From Microthyrium microscopicum (Eukaryota): a stretch of 64,000 nt of DNA. Shown here in pieces: positions 1 to 12,802 of this stretch (position 1 is the stretch's first letter; the number at the start of each line of letters is the position of its first letter). Where the stretch lies: assembly GCA_010405405.1 (NCBI GenBank), contig MU004239.1, positions 372,001 through 436,000 of the forward strand, read 5' to 3'. Made by a program: the position numbers and the translations under genes. The notes beneath the pieces are model-generated. The model was not told the DNA's origin, searched no databases, and worked only from the letters and a program-made list of their open reading frames with translations.

Positions 1-482
1 TCATTCACCCCACGACCATGCCCAGCCAACAACCGCCGACAAACCGCCGTCTCACGATCCCATACTCTAACCAACGTATCAAAATGCCCCGAAACAACAG
101 TCCTCTGATCCCAAAACAGCACACCATAAGCCGTAGACGCTGGATATAAATACTCACGCACAAGCGTCCTGCTAGTATCAGCTTTACTTCATCTAAAAGG
201 CAGGAATGGAACGCGCTTGGTGCTCAAGTCCCACAGTATAACTTTATCATGCGCACCGCTGAGTAGATAGTCGCTGTCTGTCGCTAGTGACCAGACCGCA
301 TGTGTGTGTCCGCGTAAGGCGAAGGGCTCGCTGGAGAGGGATAGGTTGTAGTACCAGATGAGACAGTTTGTGTTATCGTCGTGGGTGGCGACGAGGTATT
401 TGGTGGCGCTGATGATGTGGAGTGGTCCTGCTAGTGTGGTAGTAATCGATTCGGGTAGTGTAAAGGTTCTTTCAAGTGACAT
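1..482 (-). CDS. WD40-repeat protein, 5' part (runs off window start)
   Basis: WD40 motifs LRGHTHAVWSL...LLSGAHDKVILWDL and, after a 48-nt intron (169-216), VVSGHFDTLVRVWDRETAVCRRLLAGH; start taken at MSLERT (482). Confidence 0.8.
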
Positions 483-1059
483 GTTTGCATCTATCAGTCC
501 AGGAGTAATAGGATGACGAAATGACGATGAAGGATTAGTGCGGCGAGACCGTGATCCCCACTTGCAAGATACATCTATACATGTATGTGACATGAGCCAA
601 TTGAAAAGATGTACATGGATGAAGTATTGGATGATATTATTGGTCGAGATCTATACTTTTTTCAGCCTTGTGCATTGATTTGTTGAAGATCTATCGTGTA
701 CACATGAGCCCTCACTAGTTGATGCAACCATATACCACTACATTGGATATCGTACAAGCTCGCTAAATGTGAAAATTTCACCGCCATCCAACACCTTCTC
801 TTGAGACTCTGAAGTGGTGAGTTCTTTATGACAAATCAGGCCAAGCGAGCAAGGCAAAGCATTCCCCCAATCGAGTCACAGCGAGGCGTCTCTAGCGTCT
901 GCCCATCACATCGTGGCGCACATCACGAACCTCCCTTTTCTCCGCCAAGGACAGCATATAATAACTGCACAATCGCACTCCAACAAAACGAGCTTCCGCG
1001 GCCTCGACATACAACCGGATGTATATATAGCCTCAACTGACCCATTTGCGCAACGCCAA

Positions 1060-2043
1060 ATGGCAACGCAAAGCGAGAGCGCGCTCTCTAGGCCGAATAC
1101 TTCCAAAAGCACAACCACCGACGACTTCAGAGACGCGACTCGAACGACTTCCCACGCGACTGAGAAGACGGGCGATGGTACGGTGAAAGGCCCTGCCTAT
1201 GTCATCGAATACATCCCCAACAAAAACGCGCCGCCACGCACTCCAGAGACGCTGCCTACTCGCGCGGCTAAAAAGGAGAATGTTTGGCTGGCGCCCGCAT
1301 GTGCCATACTCTTCATCATCTTGACACTTGGTAATGGCCTTACACCTGATGGCGGTCAAGATAGCTGATGGGATATAGTTCATATTGGCCTGACAGGAGC
1401 TATTGCGCGTGCATGCAATGCCGGCGATTCGGGAAAGTTTGCGCTTGCGCGGATTGTCGTAACGGGTGATTCAAAGCCAGCTTTTTGCGAGAAACAGACC
1501 TGTGTACCGGCAGAATTTCTCATAGGGGCGTCAGGGGTGTTATACAAGGGTGTGGATGGAAAGATGTCACAAAGTGGTGGGTTTTTGTCTCGTAAATTAC
1601 ATGCGTCTGCGTTATTGCCCGCGTATTGGAGTGAGATAGGAGGTGGTGCAGACCAGCTGAATTCGACGTTTGGCATTTTGTCGTTTCTATCAACGAACTA
1701 TGCAAGGGACAGCCCAGCTGTCTCGGTGGGCGGGGCGCTAGTAGCATCTTGGATTGTCAGTGTTGTGTCGATGGTTTTGGTAATGATGCCGGTGCCTATA
1801 TGGTATGCTGTGGTTGCCATGCTTGGAGAAACATTGATGCTCTTGGTGGTTGGTATTGAAGCAGTGGCTCATATGCCCGCTCAGCGCGAAATTGGTCGTG
1901 GGGATTGGATTCTGGGAAGGCTTCTGGTGATCTTAAAGATACTGGCGGTTTGGGCCGCAATTGTAGGGAGTGCTTGGTTCAAGAGGAAGTGGGCTCGTCG
2001 AATTAAAAAACAGCTGGAGGTCGAGCTGACGTCCACCTTATAA
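1060..2043 (+). CDS. Hypothetical multi-pass membrane protein (topology loosely SUR7/PalI-like)
   Basis: ORFs 913-1368 and 1537-2043 are in the same frame and join via a GT-AG intron at 1331-1378; one N-terminal TM, a Cys-containing loop, about 3 C-terminal TMs. Confidence 0.6.
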
Positions 2044-2123
2044 TCGGGAATGATAGATCGTAAAGCTGCTCTTCTCTTCTTCTCTTTCCTTGATCACCAA
2101 AACAGATATTGACTGTCAACTTC

Positions 2124-2663
2124 TCAACTGACTGACAATTGGATCAATGTGCTTGCAGCTTCTGCGGTTTCTGCATCAATCTCAACAACAAAGCCAACTC
2201 GTATCCATAAGCTGCAGCCTATACAGCCAACAACGACTTCACTGCAGCCTTCTTCAGTGGCGGTATCGAGCAGCTTCTCGGTCACTTGAAAGCCGTGGGG
2301 TTCACCGCAACGACATCCCCTGGTCCAGACGGAAGAGGGTTGATTGAAAACCATGTCGTCAAGATCAATGACTTCCTCGCCAATATGAAAGGTATCCAGA
2401 CCTGTCATTGCGCCATTGGCAGGCCGTTGAGAATGAAGCAGAAGCTGTTTGTCATAGGCTTCACGAGCTTTTGTATTTCGAAGGACCTGGTATGCCAGTT
2501 TGATTTCGTCTATGGATGGCATTGGCTGACCAGGAGGTTGCAAAGCGAGTTTGTCGGGGTGATATTTAAGGAGGGCATCGTGATAGCGGCGCTTGAGAAT
2601 ACCAGGCGGAATGGCACGACCGACTGGAGGCCTTTTGTAATCAAAGAGCTGGTAGTAATTCAT
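2124..2663 (-). CDS. DPH4: Diphthamide biosynthesis protein 4 (J-domain + CSL zinc finger)
   Basis: J-domain with YHPDK followed by CSL finger motifs CRCG...CIGCSLWIRV; single exon. Confidence 0.92.
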   Translation of the reverse strand: MNYYQLFDYKRPPVGRAIPPGILKRRYHDALLKYHPDKLALQPPGQPMPSIDEIKLAYQVLRNTKAREAYDKQLLLHSQRPANGAMTGLDTFHIGEEVIDLDDMVFNQPSSVWTRGCRCGEPHGFQVTEKLLDTATEEGCSEVVVGCIGCSLWIRVGFVVEIDAETAEAASTLIQLSVS

Positions 2664-3826
2664 GATTGATCTGGGGAGAGGTAAGAGAAGATGGGAAGAA
2701 AAAAATGCTTTGAGAATTGGCGGGCAAAGGCAAAAAAGCCAGGCAAGGCTAGATGATGCGAAACGAGGCTAACAGAGCAAGGGTCAAGGCAGAGATTAGT
2801 CACCCTTCAATGGTCTAACTCAACTGGGTATCTGCAGCAGGGCAAAGTTTGCGGAGGTCAGTTCCCGGGTCAGTCAATTTTCTGATCGATATCAACTTGC
2901 ATAATAACGCGGAGTATGGTTCTCCGTGAGGCTGTGCTGATGATGCGGTGATGACTTGGAAAAGTATGTCTAGAAATTAGGCGCATAAACGGGTCAAAAT
3001 CATACTACTCCTTACTGCCCAAAGATGCCCACGGGCTTTACACACTTCGGAATACGGATAATGAAGGTAGAAACGATAAAAACCCGGAGGGTGCAAAGGC
3101 TTTTTTGGAAGCTGGAATTTTGATGCTACTCCAAGATCGCTGATCGGACATGAAGAATGACTTGTAGGAGAGATAAATGAGAGAATGGTTTTCTGACGAT
3201 AGCTTCAGAGAAAGATTGATCTTGATATACAAGTTTATGCCCAAGTGCAACAAAAGGCAGTGCAGTTTCAAAGTGAGGAAAGAGCGTCCAGTTAGAGGAA
3301 GGTTACTGCCTAGTTTAGTTCTTTGTTCCTGCCCAACCAGGGACAGCACGCCCTGTGCGCCTTCCTTCAGTCCTTCACTGCCTGTTGGCAGTTGCTGATA
3401 TTAGAAGGAGAGATCCTCCGTCATCATTAATTTTCCAATTTCTTCTTTATTCTCACCATCCTCTCAAATTCCTGAATCTACAAAACTCACCACCCTACCA
3501 CCTCCTGTTACCAAATACTCTATTCAAGTTCTCAACGCTTCAGGACACTCGCATATATCTCCGCGTCCACTGCGCCAATCATCGTGAAAACAGACCCACC
3601 TGTTTCCCTGGTCAGCTTGCTTGATCCGTTCCCTTGTGACTACCAAACACCACGCCGAGGCCCACTTCTAAATTCTCTCATCCTTTATCCTTTCACAACC
3701 TTCCTCTATCTGTCTTCCCTCATCATCTTTCGCGCAACACTTCTCTGCCCTCAAAACCGTTACCTCATACCGCGCATCTTCCTGCAAGACATAACCCCGC
3801 CAACGCACGTCATCCAATCAGCCACC

Positions 3827-4833
3827 ATGCCACCCAACCAGTGGGGTGAGTTTCTCCTTTTCCGCATACGATCCAAATCACCTGCGACCAGGCCCGCTGG
3901 CATCTGAAGGAATTGAATCTAATCATTTTATAGACGCAGAGGACTCGGATAGTTCTTCTCCTTCCTCCCCTCCACCAGTCGTACGACGCGGTAAATTCGA
4001 TGATGAAGAAGAAGATGACGACGTAAGTGGCGTTCGATCCTTCTTCCGACCACCTCACTAACTCCGATCAAAGGTGCTCGAATCCTGGGATGCTGCCGAC
4101 GACTCTGAAACTGAGCGCGAAAAGGTAAAGAAGGCTGAAGAGGCCAAGGCAAAAGCCGACGCCGAAGCAAAAGCGAACCACAAATCCAAAGCGCAACGCG
4201 TAGCCGAACACCGAGAAGCCAATATGCGACGGAGAATGCAGGACGACGATGAGGATAGCAGCGAAGACGAAGACGACTCTGCACGTCGCGCCCGTCTTCG
4301 CGCAGAACAAAAAGCCGCAGATTTGAAGCACGCTGAAGACCTCTTCGGAGATCTGCCCGTTGCCTCTAATCGATCTGGCTCCAAACACATTACTGTTCAA
4401 GGCTCTGCAGATCCAACCTCCGCCGTCGATCTCTCGACATTACCTCTCTTCAACCCACAAACCAAGAATCAATTCACCGCTCTGCGAGAAGCCCTCTCTC
4501 CACTCCTTGCAGCCAACGCCAAGAAGGCTCACTATGTGCTCTTCATGCAAGAATTCGTCAAGGAAATCACCAAAGATCTACCTAGTGATCAGATCAAGAA
4601 GTGCGCCAGCGCTTTGACTACCTTAACAAATGAAAAGATGAAGGAGGAGAAAGCTGCAGAAAAGGGTGGAAAGAAGAGCAAAGCCAAGTCGAAACCCGCT
4701 CTTAGTGCGAACCGAGCCATATCTCACAAAGCGGATGTTAGTACATATGACGAGGATGGACTTGATGAGTGAGTACGCCCACGATGAACCATATTTCTTT
4801 ACTAACATACTACTCAGTGGCGACTTTATGTAG
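3827..4833 (+). CDS. HCR1: Translation initiation factor eIF3 subunit J
   Basis: MPPNQW-D, acidic KFDDEEEDDDVLESWDAADDSE, ADLKHAEDLFG, C-terminal DDGDFM; three GT-AG introns. Confidence 0.92.
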
Positions 4834-5397
4834 ACGACTCTTCTTCTTTTCCTCTTGAACTTTGGTATTACGGCTCAGGCGTTATGTTGGTTGGCTCAAA
4901 GCCATGTTTAAGCATTTGTTTTACACGGTAAAATTCGTGTAAGCGTTGCATACGGTTTGTTGTTTTCAAGAATGTCATCGAGAGTGAATCGTAATATCCT
5001 CTCCGTTTTGTTATTTAATATCTTTGATATTGTTATCTGAAGCTAAAGAATGGACAAACCACCCTGGCCCTATATGTACTCCTTATCTGAACTAATAACC
5101 TCAAATATAGCAAGCACTATAGACATGAGCGTATGTTTTGGAGTTTTGCTCATATTAACATTTAAAGAATTATCTACTTTCACTTATCGGCGTGTGTGCT
5201 AAGATACCGATGTATCTAGGACATGCTTGCGATATCAAAACTCAACCGTCCCAATCTTCATACACATATATCTCCCTACTCTACCTATTTACTCTCCCTC
5301 TCCGGCGCCACAATCAGCTATCTACAGTCTTTACAGATCAACGCATTCTCACTCGGCGCGCTCGCCCTAATGTCAACCACCATCATATAGTAGCACC

Positions 5398-7909
5398 ATG
5401 TTACTCCTACTCCTCTCCCTCCTGCCTGCTCTCGCCTCGGCAGCTGCATATCTCAACGGCCAGTCCAAGCATGCTGATCCCCTCCCACACATCCCTTTCA
5501 ATCCTCACTGGCATCCTGCCGGCCACTCGTTCTGGTTCCGTCGACAGATCGACGACTCTGCCTCACGTTTTATGACCGTCAACGCCACTTCCGGCGTTCA
5601 AGAACCCGCCTTTGACCACGCAGCCCTCGCTTCAGCGCTGAACAAACGAGGCATTGAAGCTACCGAAAATGATCTTCCGTTCACCTTCATCGACACCAGT
5701 TCCACCCATGTGCGTTTTCGCGTTGCTGGAGCCGGGATGGAGTTTGACGGCGCTCAATTGAAGGATGTACTAGGTGTCAGAGAAAATATACTAGTCCCAC
5801 TGAGACTAGAAGAACCATCCGAAGACGCAGGCGGTGCAACAAGCGTCCGCTTCGTAAATACCAGCCCTCGCGCGCTGGCCCTCTGGTGGATCGATACGGA
5901 AGGCAACGCAGTCGCGTACGGACCACTAGCAGCCAGCAGCGAACTGCTAGTCCATACCTTCGTCGGACACGTATGGCGGGTCGGCGAGACCGATGGGCGG
6001 GTCCTAGCTGTCTGGCGCGCGGGCATTGATGAAGGTGTTGCGAGAGTCGGCGAAAAGGTGGTGAGTAAACTTGGGCCAGAGAGTAAGACGGTCGCCGCGA
6101 AAGGAAGGGCCTTTGTGCGTGGCAACCAAGTCTGGGTGCGGGACGAGAGTGGGCGGGAGACGCAGATGAGTACGCGCGGAAGTGCGGAGACGCCGTTTAG
6201 GTTGACGGTGTATCATTCGCCGGATGGCAAGTGGGCGGTGGTGTGGCAGTTTACGCCTGCGCAGTCGCATAATGTGTACATGGTGGAGAGTAGTCCGAAA
6301 GATCAGGTGCAGCCGAAACTGAAGACGATTTCGTATCTGAAGCCGGGGGATAAGGTTGCGGTGGATCGGCCGCGGTTGTTTGATCTGGAGGGGAGGAAGG
6401 AGGTTGAGACGAGTGAGGAGCTGTTTGCGAGTCCATATGCGGTTACGAATGTTGGTTGGGATGCGGAGAGTGGTGAATATCGATTCATTTACAATGAGAG
6501 AGGGCATCGTACGCTTAGAGTTGTTGGTATGAGTACGACGGGGGCTGTTCGGGCTGTCATTGAAGATACGCAAAAGACTTTTATCGATTACAGCGCGAAG
6601 ACGTATACGCATGCGATTCCGGGAACCGACGACTTTATCTGGATGTCTGAGCGTGACGGCTGGAACCATCTTTATCTTTTCGACATGAAGAATGGGACGG
6701 TCAAAAATCAGATTACTAAAGGCAAATTTGTGGTTCGATCTGTTGAGTTTGTTGATGATAAGAAGCGGCAGTTGTGGTTCAAGGGATATGGTCTAGTTCC
6801 TCATCAGGACTATTATCATGCTCATTTGGCCCGGATCAACTTGGATGGCACTGGCTTGACGGTTCTTACAAAAGGTGACGGCACGCATACTTGGAAGTGG
6901 TCGCCAGATTTCACCAAGTTCACTGATACTTGGAGTCGTGTTGATGCGGCCCCACGAAGCGTACTTCGAGATGCGGTAATTGGAGAGGAACGCGAAGTCG
7001 TTGACACTGGCAATATATCAACTTTACTACGCGGAGCACTCGTAGCAGAGCGTTTCGTGGCTCCCGGTGCGTTCTTGCTGCTCCCATCCACACCTCATCT
7101 CCTTCATGACGGGACTATACTGACATTATACAGGACGAGACGGCAGCACTCCAATCTACGGCATCATTATCAAACCAAAGAACTTTGACGCCAGCAAAAA
7201 ATACCCCATCATCGAGCAAATCTACGCCGGCCCACAAGACTTCTTCGTCCCCAAAGCCTTCAGCCCTCTAACCCGCCAACGAGACATTGCAGACGCAGGA
7301 TTCATCCTAGTCCAAATAGACGGCATGGGCACAAATTGGCGCTCCAAGAAATTCCACGATGTATGCGCCAAGAACCTCAAAGACGCCGGATTCCCAGACC
7401 GCATCGCTTGGATGCGAGCTGCTGCTTCTACACGGCCCTGGATGGATCTTGAGCGCGTGGGTGTCTATGGTGGCAGTGCAGGGGGACAAAATGCCGCAGC
7501 TGCTGTGCTCTTCCAGGGCGATTTCTACAAAGCTGCGGCGGCAGATTGCGGATGTCATGATAATCGAATGGATAAGATGTGGTGGAATGAGCAATGGATG
7601 GGTTATCCGGTCGATGCCAGCTACGAGGCCTCGTCTAATGTTGGCGCAGCGAAGAACTTGACTGGCGCGTTGATGTTGATTGTTGGAGAGCTTGATACGA
7701 ATGTGGATCCAGCGAGTACGATGCAGGTTGTGAATGCGCTGACGGTGGCGAATAAGGACTTCGATTTGCTAGTTGTCCCAGGAGGCGGCCATGGGAGCGG
7801 TGGATCGACGACGTTGGGTAGACGTAGACAGTTGGACTTTTTCAAGTGGCATTTGTTAGGAGAGAAGCCGAAGCTATGGAATCGTGTTGGGAAGGGAGCG
7901 TCAGGTTAG
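5398..7909 (+). CDS. Secreted S9B dipeptidyl peptidase IV-like peptidase with inserted VHL-beta domain
   Basis: Signal peptide; DPPIV_N propeller ([11 protein letters not shown]); catalytic [14 protein letters not shown] and GGGHG; intron 7067-7133 joins ORFs 5398-7188 and 7325-7909. Confidence 0.9.
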
Positions 7910-8129
7910 TGGTTCGAGAGATATAATTGCAATTTTTGGAATGAACCTATACTACCTGTAGCTTTCCAACGACAAATTCCTTTTTACTAATCTTGAAGAT
8001 CCAAAGGCATAACTAAAGAGCATTCTAGCTTGGCTCTTGCCTTGGAAACTCTCCAGTGACGGATGGCCGGACACCAAGTGAATGTCCTGCGCAAGCAAAG
8101 GAGAGGATCTACTAACAGGTAAGAAGCCA

Positions 8130-9360
8130 TCAACGCATCTCTTCGCAATCGGGACATATCCAACCCTTCTCTGGCTTTGCCCATAGTCCCATACAGCCTG
8201 GGTGAAACCAAATCGTCTTGCAACGAGCCACAGAGCACCGAATCATTTGTTGTTCGTCCGCCTCTTCATCACAAACACAATACAACTCTTGACCAGGCAC
8301 CAACACGGCCGGCACAGCCCAATGGAACTCTGCCATGGCTCTCTCATCCTTATACCCAATCAGCCCCAAATCACCACCACACTGGCCACACACATCATCC
8401 TTTCCATCCGCGCCCACCAAACACATCGGCTGCACACACCGTTTTGCAATCACAAACGCATATCCAGCCTTTTCCAGCACAAGGGCCACCTGTCGATCAA
8501 AGGAACCTGGAACATCACCGAACACATCGCGAAAGGCCTTCGTCGGCACCTTGTTGCACATAGCCACCTGCTGTTCAAACTGACGCAGTAACTCCTCCAG
8601 AATCGCATCGTAGAGCGGCTTCATGCCCCTCTTAACAACCACCGGCAGCTCAAAGTCCTCACCAATGCGTAGAAACTGGCCCAGAAAGCTGACATGAAAG
8701 CGATGTTCCTTCACCAGCCCCACGAACCACGAACAGGTCTCACGCTCCATTTTGCCAATGCCATAGCGCAGCGCAAACTCATACATGTCCAACGCAAACG
8801 TAAGATCTGGCATGGCCGGAGCGCCTGGCAACCGTGGATTGACGGCGGCGTTGATGTAGAAGGCGAAGGCTTTTGGGACTTCAAGTTTGGCAGTGTAGGA
8901 GTAGAAGATGAAACCTTTGACGACATGGAGGGATTCGCCGATGAGGCTGAGGATGCGAGTGCAGCTGGTTCGAGTGGCTGGTGAGCGGTAGAGACGTCTG
9001 GTCATTTGGAAGTATTTTGGGATAAGCATTTCGATGTTGTCTTTGTTGACTCTGTAGTGGCCCTTTTCGTCGGCGAGGATGAGGAGTTGTGGGTTCTTTT
9101 CATGGCTGAGGAATCTGGTTCGGCAGTTAGATCTGGGTTGGAGGATCGAAGAACTTGAATCCTTACGTTTCAAGCTCATCGATTTTGAAGTCCTTCTTTG
9201 AGCCATCATGTTCTATGTCCTCTCCGGTGGATGTCAGATCATACTCAAATGGCTCTAGTGCTTCACAGCGTTTGGTGAGTCTCTCGCTTTCTAGCTGATA
9301 TGCAGTTTTGGTCGGCTTTGTGGGGGCTTTACCCCTTGATCTAGTGTTTCGGTATGCCAT
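8130..9360 (-). CDS. PHD-finger protein with degenerate BTB-like N-terminal region
   Basis: C-terminal C4HC3 YCVC...MIRCSVARCKTIWFHPGC...WICPDC; intron 9115-9166 joins the MAYRNTRS exon in frame. Confidence 0.75.
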
Positions 9361-10107
9361 ATTGATGAAGGGGTAGAAGATTAGCAAGGAGGGTTTATAA
9401 CAATTCCTCGGATAATAGATTAGGTAGTTAAGAATGGAAATGCAATAGCGCGAGTGAAGAGTGTGAATTATCTACGGCTTGGGGATCAGGGTTTAAGAGG
9501 ATGTATTGAGTACAGTGAGCCAATGCTGAAGTACTGAGTACTGAAGCAACCCTCAACATGGTATCTTGACTGCCATGAAGGGCCATACTACTAGATTATT
9601 ATTGCTTGATATAGAAAGACCGCATCGACTCCAACTTGAGTAGCAACAACGAGATGAGAAATTACGTGTGATACTTACTGATGGTCTAGGCTAGTCGAAT
9701 CAATTTCTTTCACTTTTTTCTAACATCCAGCTTTTCTTCTAGTGTATTTTTGTTGGTAGACAAAACGTTCGTGGAGATTCTTTCCATTCCAGAGAGTAGA
9801 ATATTGCTTTTCACCTTAAGCAAAGGCATGTATCGTCAGAGTAAGTTAGCGCAATTGAAGGGGGGAGAACTAGAATATGTGCCATACTGAGATGAAGGAT
9901 ATCCGTTCTTTAATTCAGCCTTATTGCGCAAGGCTGTGTGGAGGCTCAGCGTGCCAATCAAGTGAGCCCGATCCCCAACAAGCCCTTCCAGATCCCTGTC
10001 ATTTCAACTGCGTCACTTGAATTCCGACGACTTCCTCGTTCAACTACATCTGATCCGTACTATTCAGTATCTTTAAATTCCCAACTTCTACTCAACCCTT
10101 CATCCAC

Positions 10108-11177
10108 ATGGCGCGCTTCTTTATTACTGGATCTTCAGATGGCCTTGGTTCCATGGCCGCTCAGGCTCTAATCAAGAAAGGACATGAAGTAGTTCTCCAT
10201 GCACGAAATGCTCAACGCGCAAAGGACGCCTCCGCAGCCTGTCCTGGGGCAGAGGGAGTGCTTGTGGCTGATTTGTCCAGCTTGACAGAAACTAAGAAAC
10301 TGGCTGAGGAAGTCAATAATATTGGTCCTTTTGATTGTATCATTCACAATGCTGGACTCTATCGTGGTGGAATAAGGCGCAATGATCAAAATATACCTGC
10401 TCTGGTTAGTTTTCCTCTCCTGGTCGCTGGAGAGCGGACATTATTGATGATTTGGGCATCTCTTCCCATCCTACAGTTCACCAGACATTCGGCAAGATCT
10501 AACAGTTGCTACAGACCGCAGTGAATACTCTTGCGCCATATATCCTGACAGCTCTAATCGAAAAGCCAAAGAGACTGGTATATGTCTCATCTGGGATGCA
10601 TTACTCAGGCGTAGATGATTTGTCCGATCTCGATTGGCAAAAGCGTAATGACCGGGATTGGAGTGATGGATCGGCATACAGCAACTCCAAGTTTCATAAC
10701 GTCCTGGTGGCAAAAGCTGTCGCCAAGCGATGGCCAGACGTTCAGAGCAATGCATTGGTAAGAACTCTCCCAGTGGTTACATTCATCACTACTAGCAAAA
10801 TATCGCGGGGGTGTTTCTTGGCCTTCAGGCACTCTATGGCTACCATTATGTGCATTGTGGTCCTGTCATGGAAAGATCAGTTGTATTTAGAACGCATGTT
10901 GAGTTTGATGAGATGAAGTGCTGTTTCACAATCTAATACTAACGAATATCAGGATCCTGGATGGATTCCAACTAAGATGGGTGGTAGCTCGGCGCCTGGA
11001 AATAGCGAGACATCCATGAAAACCTATCTGTTGCTTTCGACAGAAACCAAAGAGACTGGAAAGTACTTTGCCAGCTCAAAGCTCAAAGATCCCAAAGAAG
11101 GTACAGACAACGAGGCATCGCAAAACAAATACATGGAGTTGTGTGAGAAGATAACGGGAGTTCCATTTCCTCAATAG
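10108..11177 (+). CDS. Short-chain dehydrogenase/reductase
   Basis: TGSSDGLG, HNAG, YSNSK and DPGWIPTKMGG motifs across three exons. Confidence 0.88.
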
Positions 11178-11189
11178 AAATCTGAGAAC

Positions 11190-12436
11190 CTAGATCTTGG
11201 AGCCCTTTTTCAGCTTTGCGCTATCCATCCTCCTTCCTTCATCGTCTTGCTCCGCTACCGTCAAATCTGGTAATTCTGCAGGCATAATCCGCCTTGGCTC
11301 TGAGCCAGGTACCAGAGAGTATTTTGAGAAATCTGTGACACCAGTTTTCCGCAGAAAATCTTCATCCAGTTCAAGTTGTCCATTAACTTGGTCTACTGGC
11401 GCTCGAATCATAGCTAGTATGGCGTCCGAGTATATTGTCTTTTGGATTAGCTTTCGCTTCTTGGGCTACTGAGCCAACTTACTGCTTTCCTCAACTCCCG
11501 TCTATCCGTTTGTGGATTTTGTGTTGCCGCCGATTCAATCGCAGCGGCTGGCCAAATACTTGTTATAGCCATCCCCGTCTTGCCCTCTCGTTCAAAATCT
11601 ACTGCCATACCTTTTGTAAGGATTGACATACCCACTTTACCCATTGCGTAAGCTGTCTTTCCTCGAAAGAATCTTGAGTATATTGGAGGAGAGACCACGA
11701 TAATGCGCGCCTGCCAGCCTTGTCTCTCAAAAACTGGTAGCGCCGCATGAATTGTGCCATACAACCCTTCAGGATTAACGCGTTGCATAAGCTGGAAGCG
11801 CTTCATGGGCGTGTTGGCTACGCTGGCCCACCATATAGCGCCAGAGTTGTAGACAAGCACATCAATTCGGCCGAACAGGGAGACTGTCTGGTTGACCATG
11901 TTTGTGACGCTGGTGAAATCACGAGTGTCGACTTGAATGGCGGCGGCTCGGCCACCAAGTTCCTCGATTTCTCTGACGACTGTGCTTATTGTGGATTGCT
12001 GAGAATTTGGATTTGGAGGCCAAGGGTTTGCTTTGGAAGCATCAGACACCGTCTTTGCAGCCACGACAACTGCGAATGGTCAGTCTAATGAATTTTGGCA
12101 ATCCGGTCACTCCGGCCTAACATAGCTTTCAGGGAGTTGTTTTCAATCAGTCTATATTTGATGACTCTTCAATTGCGTCAAGATCATCTATGTACCAATC
12201 ATGTTCTCCGAAATAACTTGATTGTTGTCATGGGCGCATCTGAAGAGTATGTGTCTTCCCCAACTGGAGCCAGAACGGGTATATTTACCAGTGTAGCCAT
12301 TTCTATAAAGTGATTAGCGAATGATTTATGCGACGAGTTTGTTTGATAGGTACTTTGATAAATCGATCGCAACCTGCCTCCCAATGCCTCTCGAGGCACC
12401 AACGATCAGCGCGACTTGCTGTGTCGTTGCCATCAT
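11190..12436 (-). CDS. HSDL2-like short-chain dehydrogenase (no SCP2 domain), C-terminal SKI
   Basis: GASRGIG, YNSGAIWW, YAMGK; 14-nt micro-exon 12289-12302 supplies (K)NGYT; ends ...KKGSKI. Confidence 0.88.
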
Positions 12437-12802
12437 GGGAAAATTCTCATTCCGGTCCTTGCTCTTCCTACAACTGCAGTGAGCAGAATATATCTTGGTT
12501 GTTCGCAGTGGCGGCTGGAGCTCAATAATCAATGATCATGGTAACTACAGCAGCCTCGGTGATATAAAGGCTGAAAAGGGGCAAGAAGCTTGACTAGAGG
12601 GCTCTGATGGTTGATTGATTAATGATTACTGATCATGCAGTGCTGTTTCCTCCTCGGCACCGAACTCCCAACGTCCCCGCAGATGAAGAGCAGAACAACG
12701 AGATATCCAGACCTATTTCCCAACAATAACGTTGGATTCGTCATATCTTTACTGAATACGACATATGGTCCTTTAGACACTTTGGATCAGTCATCATTCA
12801 TA

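Noticed and set aside
5754..7594. Long antisense ORFs over DPP-IV (and similar ones over other genes)
   Set aside because: Shadow ORFs caused by GC-rich codon usage of the real genes on the opposite strand.
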